DNA of 64,000 nucleotides from the human T2T-CHM13v2.0 reference genome, Homo sapiens: assembly GCF_009914755.1 (NCBI RefSeq), contig NC_060926.1. One strand, given 5' to 3'. The notes below the pieces were generated by a model. That model searched no databases, was not told where the DNA came from, and worked only from the letters and a program-made list of their open reading frames with translations. A program made the translations under genes and the position numbers. Shown here one piece after another: positions 16,791 to 29,779 of the stretch. Numbering within the stretch: the first letter of the stretch is position 1; every line of letters starts with the position of its first letter.

Positions 16791-17116
16791 ACTGTAAGTG
16801 CTGGCAAGGATGTGGAGAAATTAGAACTCTTGCACATTGTTGGTGGGAGTGCAAAATGGTGCAGCCCCTGTAGAAAACAGTATGTAGATTCCTCAAGAAA
16901 TTAAAAAATAGAACTGCTATATGATCCAGTAATCCCACTTCTGGGTATTAATCTAAAACAATTGAAATGAAATTCTTGAAGAGATATGCTTTATTGCAGC
17001 CAAAAACCAGAGAAAAAACATGTTCATATTTATTGCAGCACTATCCACAATATCCAAGATATGGACACAACCTAAATATTCACTGACAGATACATGGATG
17101 AAGATAATGTGTTATA

Positions 17117-17415
17117 GGCTGGGTGCAGTGGCTCACACCTGTAATCCCAACACTTTGGGAGGCCAAGGCAGGCAGATCACTTGAGCCAAGGAGTTTGAGA
17201 TCAGCCTGGGCAACATGGTGACACCCCATCTCTACAAAAAATACAAAAATCAGTTGGGTGTGATGGCATAAGCCTGTAGTCCCAGCTACTTGCAGGGGCT
17301 GAGGTGGGAGGATTGTTTGAGCCCATTAGATGGAGGCTGCCGTGAGCTGTAATTGTGCCACGGCACTCCAGCCTGTATAACAGAGTGAGACCCTGTCTCC
17401 AAAAAAGAAAGAAAA
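17117..17415 (+). mobile_element. AluJ SINE
   Basis: Full Alu; ataatgtg flanks. Confidence 0.9.
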
Positions 17416-17861
17416 ATATAATGTGCTATATACATACAATGGCATACTATTCAGCCTTAAAAAATGAAGGAAATTGTGCAATATGTGATAATATCAGTGA
17501 ACCTTGAGGACATTATGTTAAATGAAATAACTAAGTCGGTCAAAGAAAGACAAATACTGCATATTTCCACTTATATGAGCTATCTAAAATAGTCAAATTC
17601 ATAGCATCAAAGAATAAAATGGTGGTTGTTAGGGGCTGAGGAGAGGGAGAATTGAGGAGTTACTGATCATTAGGCATAATGCAAAACAATAGATTAAGCA
17701 AAAGAATAAGGCTTAGAGATCTATATATTATATCTACAGTCAACAATACATTTAAAACTTTGTTCTGAGGGTATATCTCACGCTGTGTTCTTACCACAAT
17801 AAAGTAACATTTTAAAAATGGTTTAATTAAATAAAAGCAAAAATTGAAAAAAGGAAATGCA

Positions 17862-19075
<1,214 letters not shown>

Positions 19076-19084
19076 TTCTAGTCT

Positions 19085-19359
19085 GAAGAGATAGAGTAGG
19101 CATTTTTTTCCCCTATTCTTCCCATTTTTGTTCAGCAAACCTCCCTGAACAATGCATATGAAACAAACATGAAAAGACTCTGAAAGGTGGGAAGAAGACA
19201 GACTGACTAAAGACCTTGGCTCTGATGTGGCAGTGAGTTTCCTGGGGTTTTAAAAATTGCTTTATATATTCCAGATTGGATGCTGGAGAAGCCAGTAACA
19301 CAGAAATGCCAATACGTGCAGATTTTAAAAAGCCTTAAGAAAAGCTTTTTCTCACTAGC
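19085..19359 (+). mobile_element. L1M 5' region, left part (host of MLT2B)
   Basis: Sequence joins to 26067 across a 5-bp TSD; resembles old L1M 5'UTR. Confidence 0.55.
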
Positions 19360-19820
19360 TATGATGGCTAATTTTATGTGTCAACTTGAATGGGCTAAGG
19401 GATGCCCAGATAGCTGGTAAAACATTATTTCTGGGTGTGTCTGTGGGAGTGTTTCTGGGAGAGATGCGCATTTGAATCAGTAGACTGAGTAAAGATCTGC
19501 CCTCACCAAAGTGAGTGAGCACCACCACATCCATTGAGGGCCTGAACGGAACAACAAAAAGGGAGAAGAATGGTGAATTCACTGTCTGTTCCCGAGCTGG
19601 GATATCCATCTTCTCAGTCTTTGGACATTAGCACTCTTGGTTCTTGGGCCTTTGGACTTGGACCAGGAGGTTCACCAACAGCTTCCACAGCTCTTGGGCA
19701 TTCAGACTCAGACTGGGGCTTTCAACACTGGCTCCACTAGTTCTCAGGCTTTGGACTTGGACTGGAACCGTAACACTGGCTTTCCTGGGTCTCCAGCTTG
19801 CAGATGTCAGGCTGTGGGAC
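19360..19820 (+). mobile_element. MLT2B (ERV-L) LTR, 5' part
   Basis: tatgatggctaattttatgtgtcaacttgaatgggctaagggatgcccagatagctggtaaaacattatttctgggtgtg matches the MLT2B start. Confidence 0.9.
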
Positions 19821-20333
19821 TGCCGAGGCCAGCTCGGTCAGGGAGACCCTAACCCAGCGGTGCCAGAGGAATTAAAGACACACACACACAAATATAGAGG
19901 TGTGAAGTGGGAAATCAGGGGTCTCACAGCCTTCAGAGCTGAGAGCCCTGAACAGAGATTTACCCATGTATTTATTAACAGCAAACCAGTCATTAGCATT
20001 GTTTCTATAGATATTAAGTTAACTAAAAGTATCCCTTATGGGAAACGAAGGGATGGGCTGAATTAAAGGAATAGGTTGGGCTAGTTAACTGCAATAGGAG
20101 CATGTCCTTAAGGCACAGATTGCTGATGCTATTGTTTGTGGCTTAAGAATGCCTTTAAGCAGTTTTCTGCCCTGGGCAGGCCAGGTGTTCCTTGCCCTCA
20201 TTCCAATAAACCCACAACCTTCCAGCGTGGGCTTTAGGGCCATTATGAATATGTTACAGTGCTGCAGAGATTTTGTTTATGGCCAGTTTTGGGGCCAGTT
20301 TACGGCCAGATTTTGGGGGGCCTGCTCCCAACA
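19821..20333 (-). mobile_element. MER9 3' LTR
   Basis: Minus strand starts TGTTGGGAGCAGGCCCCCCAAAATCTGGCC; preceded by PPT AAAGAAGGGGGACA. Confidence 0.95.
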
Positions 20334-20339
20334 TGTCCC

Positions 20340-21260
20340 CCTTCTTTGATTTGCAAATTGATAAACACAAAGGCAGCTTTGTCACAGTGAGCTACTTCTT
20401 GCAGGAGTCAGGATCCACATCTGCAGTCTATGCAAAGACAAACAACACAGATCAAAAGCACAATTATCATTGAAATCCCAGAGCTTCCAAGTGTTTTTAT
20501 CCATTTTCACCTCCTTTAAGCACTCCAGTTCCTGGCATTAAGGTCAGGTGTGCCTGGGATGTTTTAAGTGTTTGTTCTTTTAATTTTAAATCCTTCTGTT
20601 AAGCTCCTAGAGCAAGCCATATCATTTGAGGTTGAGGTGCCACTATACCGCCATGGTTCCAGATAAAAGGAACTTCTGACGTACTTCTTCTTATATCTAC
20701 CATCTGACCATTTTGTTCAGATCATCTGAACATAGTGTGGCTGTGGCACACAGACTGAGAAGTGCAATTTAAGCTAAACATCCCCTTAGGGGACCAATTA
20801 ATAATGATTTCATAGGAATCATTGTGCAGCACCTCTGCCTGTTCTGCAATGTAATCTTCCTAAACGAGTACATTCATTTTTTCTAGCCAGGTTCAATTTT
20901 GTTTACAAATAGGTTTTTGAGGGCGGTATGCCTCAATTATAGAGGCAGATTTATTATGGCAAATACTGAAATCAGAAAGCATGTATAACTATGTCATAGA
21001 GTGATTGCATCCAGGCATTATTACCAGCCAAGATTGATAAATATGCCCAATAAGTGTAATTGTTCTCTGTATCAGCCCTTGTTGAAGGAATACTCATGGC
21101 AGTGGTGATAACCGCTGCCATAGCTACCATTAAATTACTCGTTTTGACTGGTTGTCCTGCTTTCCCCAGGTTTTCTTCCACCATCTGTGATAGCTTCTTG
21201 ATCTGTCCCCAGGTAGGTGGCTGTGTTCAGCGGGTGTTGCTCGTGACAATTGGGGTCCTC
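20340..21260 (-). pseudogene. env: HML-3 env remnant with large internal deletion
   Basis: [10 protein letters not shown] and NYTYWAYL (signal/SU start); KLKEQTLKTSQAHLTLMPG and WIKTLGS...CRCG (TM end). Confidence 0.85.
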
Positions 21261-23870
21261 CTCAGTGTCAGTCTTGACATGGCTGCAATTGAGGTGTCCT
21301 TGGGATCCTCCCGGAATCTCTTCCTTGGCATCTGGCTCATGATAAGGTTTCAGGTGTCTTGATGGTATCCAAATCGGCTGTTGATTTTGGCCTGGAGAAA
21401 CACAAGCATAACCTCTACCCCAAGTTATTATTTTACCTATTTCCCAACTTTTTGTTATCGGATCTCTCCACCAAATCAGTTGTTCTGCTTCTGTCTTTGC
21501 AGCTGGTTTTTGTAGATGCTATTCAGCTGCTGATAACATCTGGCCTTTGGGCAGGCTCAAAAAATTTAAAGTTAATAATACTAGATTCAGTTGCATCTGC
21601 GGTGTTGCATATTCTCTGTCTCCCCCTTTCTGCTTTTGCAACTGCTGTTTTAGGGAGAGATTCATTCTTTCCACTATGGCTTGTCCTTGAGAATTGCATG
21701 GGATACCAGTAATGTGTTTAATATTCCACGTAGAGAAAAATGTAGCTAGAGCTTGGCTAGTATAGCCTGGGGCATTATCTGTTTTAATAGAAGCTGGAAT
21801 GCCCATCACCACAAAACACTGCAAAAGATGACGTTTAACACAGGTAGAAGACTCTCTTGTTTGGCATGTAGCCTAAACAAAGTGAGAAAAGGTGTCCACA
21901 CATACATGTACATAAGCTAGTCTCCCAAATGAGGGAACATGTGTGACATCCATTTGCCAAAGAGAGTTAGGTTCCAATCCTCAAGGATTAACTCCTCTTG
22001 TAAAAGATGAGGAATGTACCATTTGGCAAGTTGAGCATCGCTGGATAATAGCTTTAGCTTCTTTCCAGGTAATGCTGTATCTGTGTTTGCGACCAGAGGC
22101 ATTAGCATGGGTTAAATTATGAAAATGTCTAGCATTAGATATTGCATTAGCAACTAGGTGATCAGCCATTTGATTCCCTTCAGTCAAAGGTCCTGGAAGA
22201 GGTGTATGAGCCCTGATGTGAGTGATGTAAAAAGGGTGCATTCTACTTCTAACTGCTGTTTGCAATTGGGTAAATAAAGTCACCAGTTGTTCATCTGTAT
22301 GAAATCATAACTGAGCATTTTCAATTAACTGTGTGGAATGAACCACTTATGAAGAATCAGAAATCACATTAATAGGCATATCAAAAGCAGTCAATACCTC
22401 AATTACCACTACAAGCTCCGTTTTTTGAGCTGAAGTATAGGATGTCTGGAAAACTTTACTTTTTGAGCTAAAATAAGGAGCTTTACCATTACTAGACCCA
22501 TCTGTAAAAACATTCTCAGCACCTTCAATTGGTTTAAACTTAGTTATTTTGGGGAGAATCCAATTAGTTAATTTCAAAAACTGAAACAGCTTCATTTTAG
22601 GAAAATGATTATCGAGAATACCCACAAAGTCAGCTAAATGGGTTTGCCAAGTAAGACTATTTATAAAAGCTTGCTGTATTTGTGCCTTCGTGAGAGGGAT
22701 AATAATTTTTCCAGGATCATATCCATGTAATTTAACAATCCAAGTTCTGCCAATCCCTATCATAGTAGCGATTTGATCTAAATAAGGAGTTAGAGTCCGT
22801 GAATTAGTATGTGGAAGAAAAAGCCACTCTACTAAGTCCTGTTCTTGGACAATAACACCAGTAGGTGAATACTGAGTTGAAAAAATTAGCAAATGTAGAG
22901 TCTTCTCTGGATCTATTCTATTTATTTGAGCTTTATGGACTTGCTTCTCAATTAGTTGTAACTCTGCCTCAGCCTCCTTTGTTAATTGCCGAGGACTAAT
23001 GAGACTAGGATTTCCTCTAAGGACAGAAAACAGATTACTCATGGCATAGGTAGGAATGCCTAGAGCAGGTCATATCCATTTAATGTCCCCTAGTAATTTT
23101 TGAAAGTCATTTAATGTTTTTAATTGATCCCTACGTATGGTTACTTTCTGTGGCACAATGGTAGTGTCATTTACTAAGATCCCCAAGTCGGAGTAAGGAG
23201 TAGTAGTCTGAATTTTGTCAGGAGCTATAATTAAACCAGTGTGAGAAATCGAATTTTGCAAGTGACCATAACATTGGAGTAATATTTCTCAAGTGGGGGC
23301 AGAACAAAGCATATCATCCATATAGTGAATAATGTAACACTGTGAAAATTTTTTACGTCTAGGTTCAATTGCTTGCCCCACATACGTCTGGCAAATTGTT
23401 GGACTGTTTAACATGCCCTGTGGCAACACTTTCCGATGATAATGCTTAGCAGGCTGCAGGTTGTTTACTGCAGGAATTGTAAATGCAAACCGTTCGCAGT
23501 CTTGCTCAGTTAAAGGGATAGTAAAGAAACAGTCTTTTAAATCTATGACTATTAAAGGCCAATTTTTTGGAATTATAGCACTAGAAGGCAATCCCAGCTA
23601 TAATACTCCCATAGGTTGTATAACTGAATTGATGGCTCTTAAGTCAGTTAACATTCTCCATTTACCTGATTTTTTCTTAATTATGAAAACTGGAGAATTC
23701 CAAGGGGAAAATGTTGGAGCTATGTGCCCATTTTTTAATTGTTCAGTAACTAACGTCTCTAAAGCCTCCAGTTTCTCTTTACTTAGTGGCCATTGTTCTA
23801 TCCAAATTGGCTTATCTGTTAACCATTTTAAAGATATAGGTTCTGGAGGCTTAACAATGGCCACCATCAA
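21260..23870 (-). pseudogene. pol: HML-3 pol (RT-RNaseH-IN), fragmented by stops and frameshifts
   Basis: [45 protein letters not shown] region [19 protein letters not shown]. Confidence 0.95.
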
Positions 23871-23874
23871 AAAT

Positions 23875-24084
23875 CATATCCTAATCTTTGGCAGGAAGTT
23901 TGTCTTTCTGCTTGAAGTGGTTCTTGCAAAGCTTGTGATTTTTTTTTTCTAGTCCCATACCAGGGACATACCTCATTTCATGCATCGTATGTTGACTTTG
24001 AGGGCTATGTAATTGTTCTGGAATTAGAACTTGTGCTCCCCATCATTGTAATAAATCTCTTCCCCATAAATTTATAGGTGCAGA
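23875..24084 (-). pseudogene. pro: Protease C-terminus and G-patch remnant
   Basis: PINLWGRDLLQ*WGAQV...MHEMRYVPGMGLEK. Confidence 0.85.
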
Positions 24085-25320
24085 ACATTTTGGACATATT
24101 TCAGGCTCAACAGTTTTCTTGTTTCCCCTATCTGATGGCCTGACTCGCTGATTTTTTCTACATTCATTTTTAGTATGACCATGCTTCCCACAGTTAAAAC
24201 AAGCTCCAGGAAACGGAGTATTTCCTTTATCCACAATCAGCCCTGCCATTGCCAGTGCCAGCAAGGTAGCTTTATGCAGATTACCTCTGATATCATCACA
24301 GGCCTTGATATAATCAACTAAATGTGCTTTCCCTCTAATAGGTTGCAGAGCAGCCTGGCAATCAGGATTAGCATCGTCGAAAGCTAATAACTGCAACACT
24401 ATATCCTGAGCAGCTGAATCTGCAATCATCTTTTTAAGAGACTCCCGTAACCGAGCTATAAAATCAACGTATGGTTCTCTTGGTCCCTGTTTTATAGCAC
24501 TAAAGGAAGGGTATTGTTCCCCACCTGAAGTGAGTTTTTCCCAAGCTCTAATGCACACTCCTCTAAGCTGTTCTATAGCATCTTCCTGCATGACCAGTTG
24601 TGCATCTAAACCAGCCCAGCTGCCAACCCCCAAAAGTTGGTCTGCAGTTATATTAATTTGAGGTTGGGCCTGGGCATTGTGAGCAGCCTGAATGGAAGCT
24701 TCATCTGCCCACCAAGTTTTAAATTGTAAGAAATCAGCAGAAGTTAGACAAGATTGAGTAAGAGCGTCCCAGACAGTAGGAATCATCCAACTGGAAACAG
24801 CAGCATTCTTTAACAGTCCCACTACAAAAGGCGAACCTGGTCGATACTGACTTATAGCTTGTTTAAATTCTTTGAGTAAGTTAAAAGGAAAAGGCTCAAA
24901 TGTAGCTGAAATATTTCCCTGTTGATCTGGGGGGTGTATTCTAACAGGGACTGCCAAGTGTCTTAATCACCCTCTCGTCTAGCTGCTGAATTCCTGCCTG
25001 AATAGAAATAAGAGCGGTTGCTTGAGGTGCTGCTCGAACAGTCACTAGGGCAACTACTTTTCGCCCAATGTCCTCTGGAAAAGAAAGATCTGGAGGGTCT
25101 TTTTCTTCAAAAAATAAGGAGGGGGTCCAGAAGGGTAGGGGTGAACCTCTCCCTCCTTTGCTGCTTTAGCTTTAGCTGGCAAATAAACCTGGTCTGTAAC
25201 CTCTTCTGTTACTTCATTATACTCTCATTCCTCCTCCTCATCAGTGTGAAAAAGTTCCAAGGTGAAACGAACCAGACTCCACACTTGTCCCATTGTTACC
25301 CTGATGCTTCTGAGCTCCCC
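24085..25320 (-). pseudogene. gag: HML-3 gag remnant (capsid and NC open within the 304-aa ORF 24043-24957)
   Basis: MHR IKQGPREPYVDFIARL; zinc knuckle CFNCGKHGHTKNEC; second knuckle cut after CPKC. Confidence 0.93.
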
Positions 25321-25420
25321 TTCTTCCTCACCACGGGGATTGCTTTAAGAGTACTCGGGGGTCCTCCAGCTAGTTTTCCATTCCAACCGTTGCTCTGGTG
25401 ACCCTTCAACCTGGATTCAA

Positions 25421-25439
25421 GCCCCCACGATGGACTTCA
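25421..25439 (-). other. Degenerate tRNA-Lys primer binding site
   Basis: TGAAGTCCATCGTGGGGGC vs TGGCGCCCAACGTGGGGC, 2 nt downstream of the LTR CA end. Confidence 0.8.
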
Positions 25440-25441
25440 CT

Positions 25442-25954
25442 TGCCAAGACCAGCTCAGTTGGGGAGACCCTAACCCAGTGGTGCCAGAGGAATTAAAGAC
25501 ACACACACAGAAATATAGAGGTGTGAAGAGGGAAATCAGGGGTCTTACAGCCTTCAGAGCTGAGAGCCCTGAACAGAGATTTACCCACGTATTTATTAAC
25601 AGCAAACCAGTCATTAGCATTGTTTCTATAGATAGTAAGTTAACTAAAAGTATCCCTTATGGGAAATGAAGGGATGGGCCGAATTAAAGGAATAGGTTGG
25701 GCTAGTTAACTGCAGCAGGAGCATGTCCTTAAGGCACAGATTGCTGATGCTATTGTTTGTGGCTGAAGAATGCCTTTAAGTGGCTTTCCACCCTGGGCAG
25801 GCCAGGTGTTCCTTGCCCTCATTCCAGTAAACCCACAACCTTCCAGCGTGGGAGTTAGGGCCATTATGAACATGTTACAGTGCTGCAGAGATTTTGTTTA
25901 TGGCCAGTTTTGGGGCCAGTTTATGGCCAGATTTTGGGGGGCCTGCTTCCAACA
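25442..25954 (-). mobile_element. MER9 5' LTR
   Basis: Colinear with 19821-20333; about 27 substitutions and no indels by manual alignment. Confidence 0.95.
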
Positions 25955-26066
25955 GGACTTCTTAGACTCCATAATCGTGTGAGTCAATCCCTCATAATAA
26001 ATCTCTTTCTGTATATCTCTATGTATCCCACTGGTTCTATTTCCCTGAAGAACCCTGACTACTACA
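25955..26066 (+). mobile_element. MLT2B LTR, 3' part
   Basis: ggacttcttagactccataatcgtgtgag...gaaccctgactactaca; TSD ctagc (19355-19359) / cttgc (26067-26071). Confidence 0.88.
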
Positions 26067-27400
26067 CTTGCAAAAGGATCAGGAAGGGGGAATCTTGCTA
26101 AGACAGAAAATTTTTAGGCAATAACTGCTCTATTGCAGCCAAACACCACAAAAAAACAAAAACCAACCAAACAAAAAACAAACGACGACAAAACTGTGGC
26201 CCTACCCCCACTCCTGCCAACAAAGGCTGCATGGAGAGCCTAGACTTGTACCCTTGCCAGATTATAGTGCACTGCCCCAATGCCACTGCTGGGGTGATCC
26301 CAGAGGCCAAATGCAGAACTGAGACCTTCATCCCCACTAGGGTAGAAAGAAGTCACCTTTTCCCCTGGAATATCAATAGAGATCACCTGGGGCTCCTGGA
26401 TGTTTACCTCCACACAGCAGTAACGAAGTGTCCCTCTCCCCTTCCACTGTTATATCAGAGAATGTCTGGTGGAGAGTTAGGACTTTTGCCATATCCCAGT
26501 GCTAAAAGGGACCCCTCTCCCATGGTGTCTGTGGAGGCCACAGTGATGGGCCAGAGCTCTCACCCCTGCCCAGCAGTAATAAGGCTGAATGGAGAACATG
26601 TAATTCTATCTATATTTGCCAGTAACAAGGCATTAGCCATCCCCTCCCCTGCTGAAATGGTATGAGAGGAAGTCAGCTAAACAGACAACTTAAATAAAAT
26701 CTGGAGTCTTATATGTTTATATTTCCTCATTTTTTAGTAAAAAGAAGAAACAGGAAAAATTCAAACTGAATTTTTGAAAAAAATCAATAGCTACCATATC
26801 AAGATGACAGGATATTAGAATTATCTGACAAATATTTTATAGTAGACATCATAAAAATGCCTTAACACGCGATTATAAATATGCTTGAAACAAGTGGAAA
26901 AAATAGCATCTCAACCAAAAATTAGAAAGTCTTAGCAAAGAAATAGAAGACATAAAGAAGAATACTTGAAACATTTAGAACTAAACAATATAATAACCAT
27001 AATTAAAAACTCATTGAACAGGCTTAACAGCAGAATAGAAAGGACAGAGGAAAGAATCAGTGAACTTGAAGATAGAATAATAGAAATCACCCAAACTGAA
27101 CAACAGAGAGAAAATAGACTAAAAGAAAAGTGAGTTTCAGGAACCTGTGGGAGTATAACAAAAGATCCAACACTCATACCATTGATGACTCAGAGAGAGG
27201 AGAAGGAGGACAGGCTGAAAAAGTACTCAAAGAAATATGGTTGAAAACTGCCCACATTTGACAAAAGAAAAACCTACAGATTCAAGAAGCTGAATGAACC
27301 CAGAACGGGATAAACCCAAAGACATCCACACCAAAACACAGTAGAGTCAAGCTTCCAAAAAGTAAAGACGAAACAAAAACAAAAACTTGCAATATCTGGT
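26067..27400 (+). mobile_element. L1M 5'UTR and ORF1 coiled-coil remnant
   Basis: cagaggaaagaatcagtgaacttgaagatagaataatagaaat and cctacagattcaagaagctgaatgaaccc ORF1 motifs. Confidence 0.75.
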
Positions 27401-27618
27401 GGAGTATAGGACTACAAGATAATTTTGATATACTTCTAACCCAGAAGGAAAATTGTGAAAGAGTAATGCCTTGGGAACCTTTATATAAGTCTCCATATTT
27501 TCATTCCAAGTTTCTAATATAGTCTCCAGGCATGGGATAGAGATATGACAAGTAGAATCGTTCATCATAGGTGAGCACTTGCTTAGAAGCAAGACTCTGT
27601 CTAGATGGGACAAATTCT

Positions 27619-27678
27619 TTTTTTTTAATTGAGAAAGTAAAGAAACAAAAGAATGACTACTCTATAGGCAGAGCGGCC
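27619..27678 (-). mobile_element. Short poly(A)-tailed retrocopy of a MER41-like LTR R-region hairpin
   Basis: Minus strand GGCCGCTCTGCCTATAGAGTAGTCATTCTTTTGTTTCTTTACTTTCTCAATT(A)n; perfect 17-bp TSD tagatgggacaaattct at 27602-27618 and 27679-27695. Confidence 0.85.
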
Positions 27679-28009
27679 TAGATGGGACAAATTCTCAAAG
27701 TCTCTTCCAATAATTTGTACTCACTGGAGAAGGAATCAAAGACTATGGAATAGAATGGACCTGATTGCATTACATGAACCCGTGCATATGACAATACCTT
27801 CTGAAACAGACCTTCTAGGTAGTGCTAGTTGGCATCACACTTCAAGCCACAATTAGTTTCTACCATTGAAATATAAACTAGAAAAACAGCCTTTTAAATA
27901 ATAAAGTTATACCATACCATGGTATACGTACAGGAGGTCATAACTACCAATTGCTTAATGCTTATTGTGTAGGTGGGAATTGCTTAAATATAGCATTATA
28001 AATGCTGGG

Positions 28010-28138
28010 ATTTTTTTAAAAATAAAGATGGGGTCTTGCTATGCTGCCCAGGTTGGTCTCAAACTCCTAGCCTCAAGTGATCCTCCTGCTTTGGCCTCCC
28101 AAGGTGCTGGGATTACAGGTGTGAGCCACTGCATCTGA
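28010..28138 (-). mobile_element. FLAM_C monomer
   Basis: Single Alu arm; [16 protein letters not shown]. Confidence 0.82.
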
Positions 28139-29779
28139 TTTTTTTTTTTAAATCCCACTTAGAGTAACTGATAACAGGGAGATAATTTAATTCTCTGAAG
28201 GAAAATTCTTATCGTTACCTGTTCTGGCTTTATCTATATAAAGAAGTCAAAGCCTTTTCCCTTTCTGTGGCTTTGGGCTGGGGTTCCTTCAGCTTTGAGC
28301 AGATGCTTAATCATGAATGACTGCTTTCAAATCCCATCATTAATTCTGCGATTTTGCTGCAAGCAAAGGTGGAGCTTTAGGGAGCTATCTTGTTCTCTTT
28401 TTGCTTTGGACAATGCTTCTAGGTCTTCATTTATCTGTAAAACATGGACTATGGTCATGCCCTCCCATGCTTCATAGCTTGTGGTGATAATAGTAATATC
28501 ATGTATTTTACATAGAGCATTTATACATATTTATTGTCCTCATATTACTTTAACATAGAGATTTTGTCATTTGTCCAAGTAACACATTAAACTCAATGGC
28601 AGAACCAAAATATGAGCTAAGATTTCTTCAATTTCACTGTTTTTTCTCATCACAGTCCTAATTTTAAGGACATTTCAAGTAGGAATAATGGAGAAAATGA
28701 GGTAGCTTAGTGAACAAGGTAATGATGTTTTTTCTAGTGACAAAGAAAATTTAAGTGAGAAGGAAATACAAAGTGCTGCCCACTCTTCAGCTTTGTCTCA
28801 TGCCATTCTCCCCATGTGCTTTTTCTACTCCAGCCCCACTAGCCTTCTTCTATACCTGGAGTAGATTACATTTTTCCCCCACTTCCGGACTTTCACAGAA
28901 AATCTCCTTTTGACTTGGACCATTTCTTTACCCACGCAGTTTCCCTCCCCTGATTATTAAGGTTTTCAATGACATGTCTCTGCTTCTCAATCCAAATAAG
29001 ACCCATGTCTGACTTAGGTCAAGTGTTCCCCAAAGCAGAGCCTGAGACAAAGGCTTTCTTGTGACTATATAGCAAGAGCGAGAACAGGGGAGTGAAAGAG
29101 GAAGAAAGATGAGCCAACATAAGGATACATTATTGAGTTGACCTCTGCTATGGGCTACTAGTTGCTTGATCACCCAGGACCTTCTGAGAATCTTATGAAA
29201 TATATCCCAGAGCCTTTTGGCCATTTATCCATTTGCTCTTATAGGGCATTTGGTTAAAAGAGGTTTGGCTGTCAGCTCAATGTTATATGAGGTTTAAAGT
29301 TCCCTAGATGACACACTTTTTTTTTTTAATATAGTACAACCTTGAAAACAAATGAAGCTGTTGGTCTCTGGGCACTCCCTCACCTTTGAGCCCCTGAAAT
29401 ACAGCCAAAGCTCTAGCAAATGGGTAGAATCAAGATCTACAAGCTCCATACTCCTTGTATTTATCATAGCAATCCTTATAATCCGTATAATTATCATAGC
29501 CCCTACCATTCAAGCATTACACCCACCACATAACACAATGCTTCATCTTCCATTTGCATCTCATCGCAGTCACTCAGGTAAGAGTCTTAGTAACTGTGAT
29601 GCTACTGCACACCAAGGTTTATAAACACCCTCCCTACTGCTATCTTTTTGGTGAGTTATCTAGCTCCAAATTCCTATTCTGAGGGTCGACTTTCTACAGC
29701 CACACCTGATTACAATGGTCTCATCCTGGGTTGACCTCAAAGCAGAGTCTCTGAAACAAAGACTTATATGAGTAAGAAG

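Larger units (their letters stand above)
19821..25954 (-). mobile_element. HERV-K(HML-3)/HERVK9 provirus, internally deleted
   Basis: Two 513-bp MER9 LTRs (TG...CA), Lys-type PBS, polypurine tract, betaretroviral gag/pro/pol/env remnants. Confidence 0.95.

Noticed and set aside
19644-20349. ORFs repeated at 25430-25982, suggesting a duplicated gene
   Set aside because: Antisense frames of the two MER9 LTRs
23461-25401. 163-aa and 127-aa plus-strand ORFs antisense to pol and gag
   Set aside because: Shadow frames of formerly coding retroviral sequence; no recognisable motif
26231-26665. 144-aa ORF
   Set aside because: Lies in a degenerate L1M 5' region; no recognisable domain
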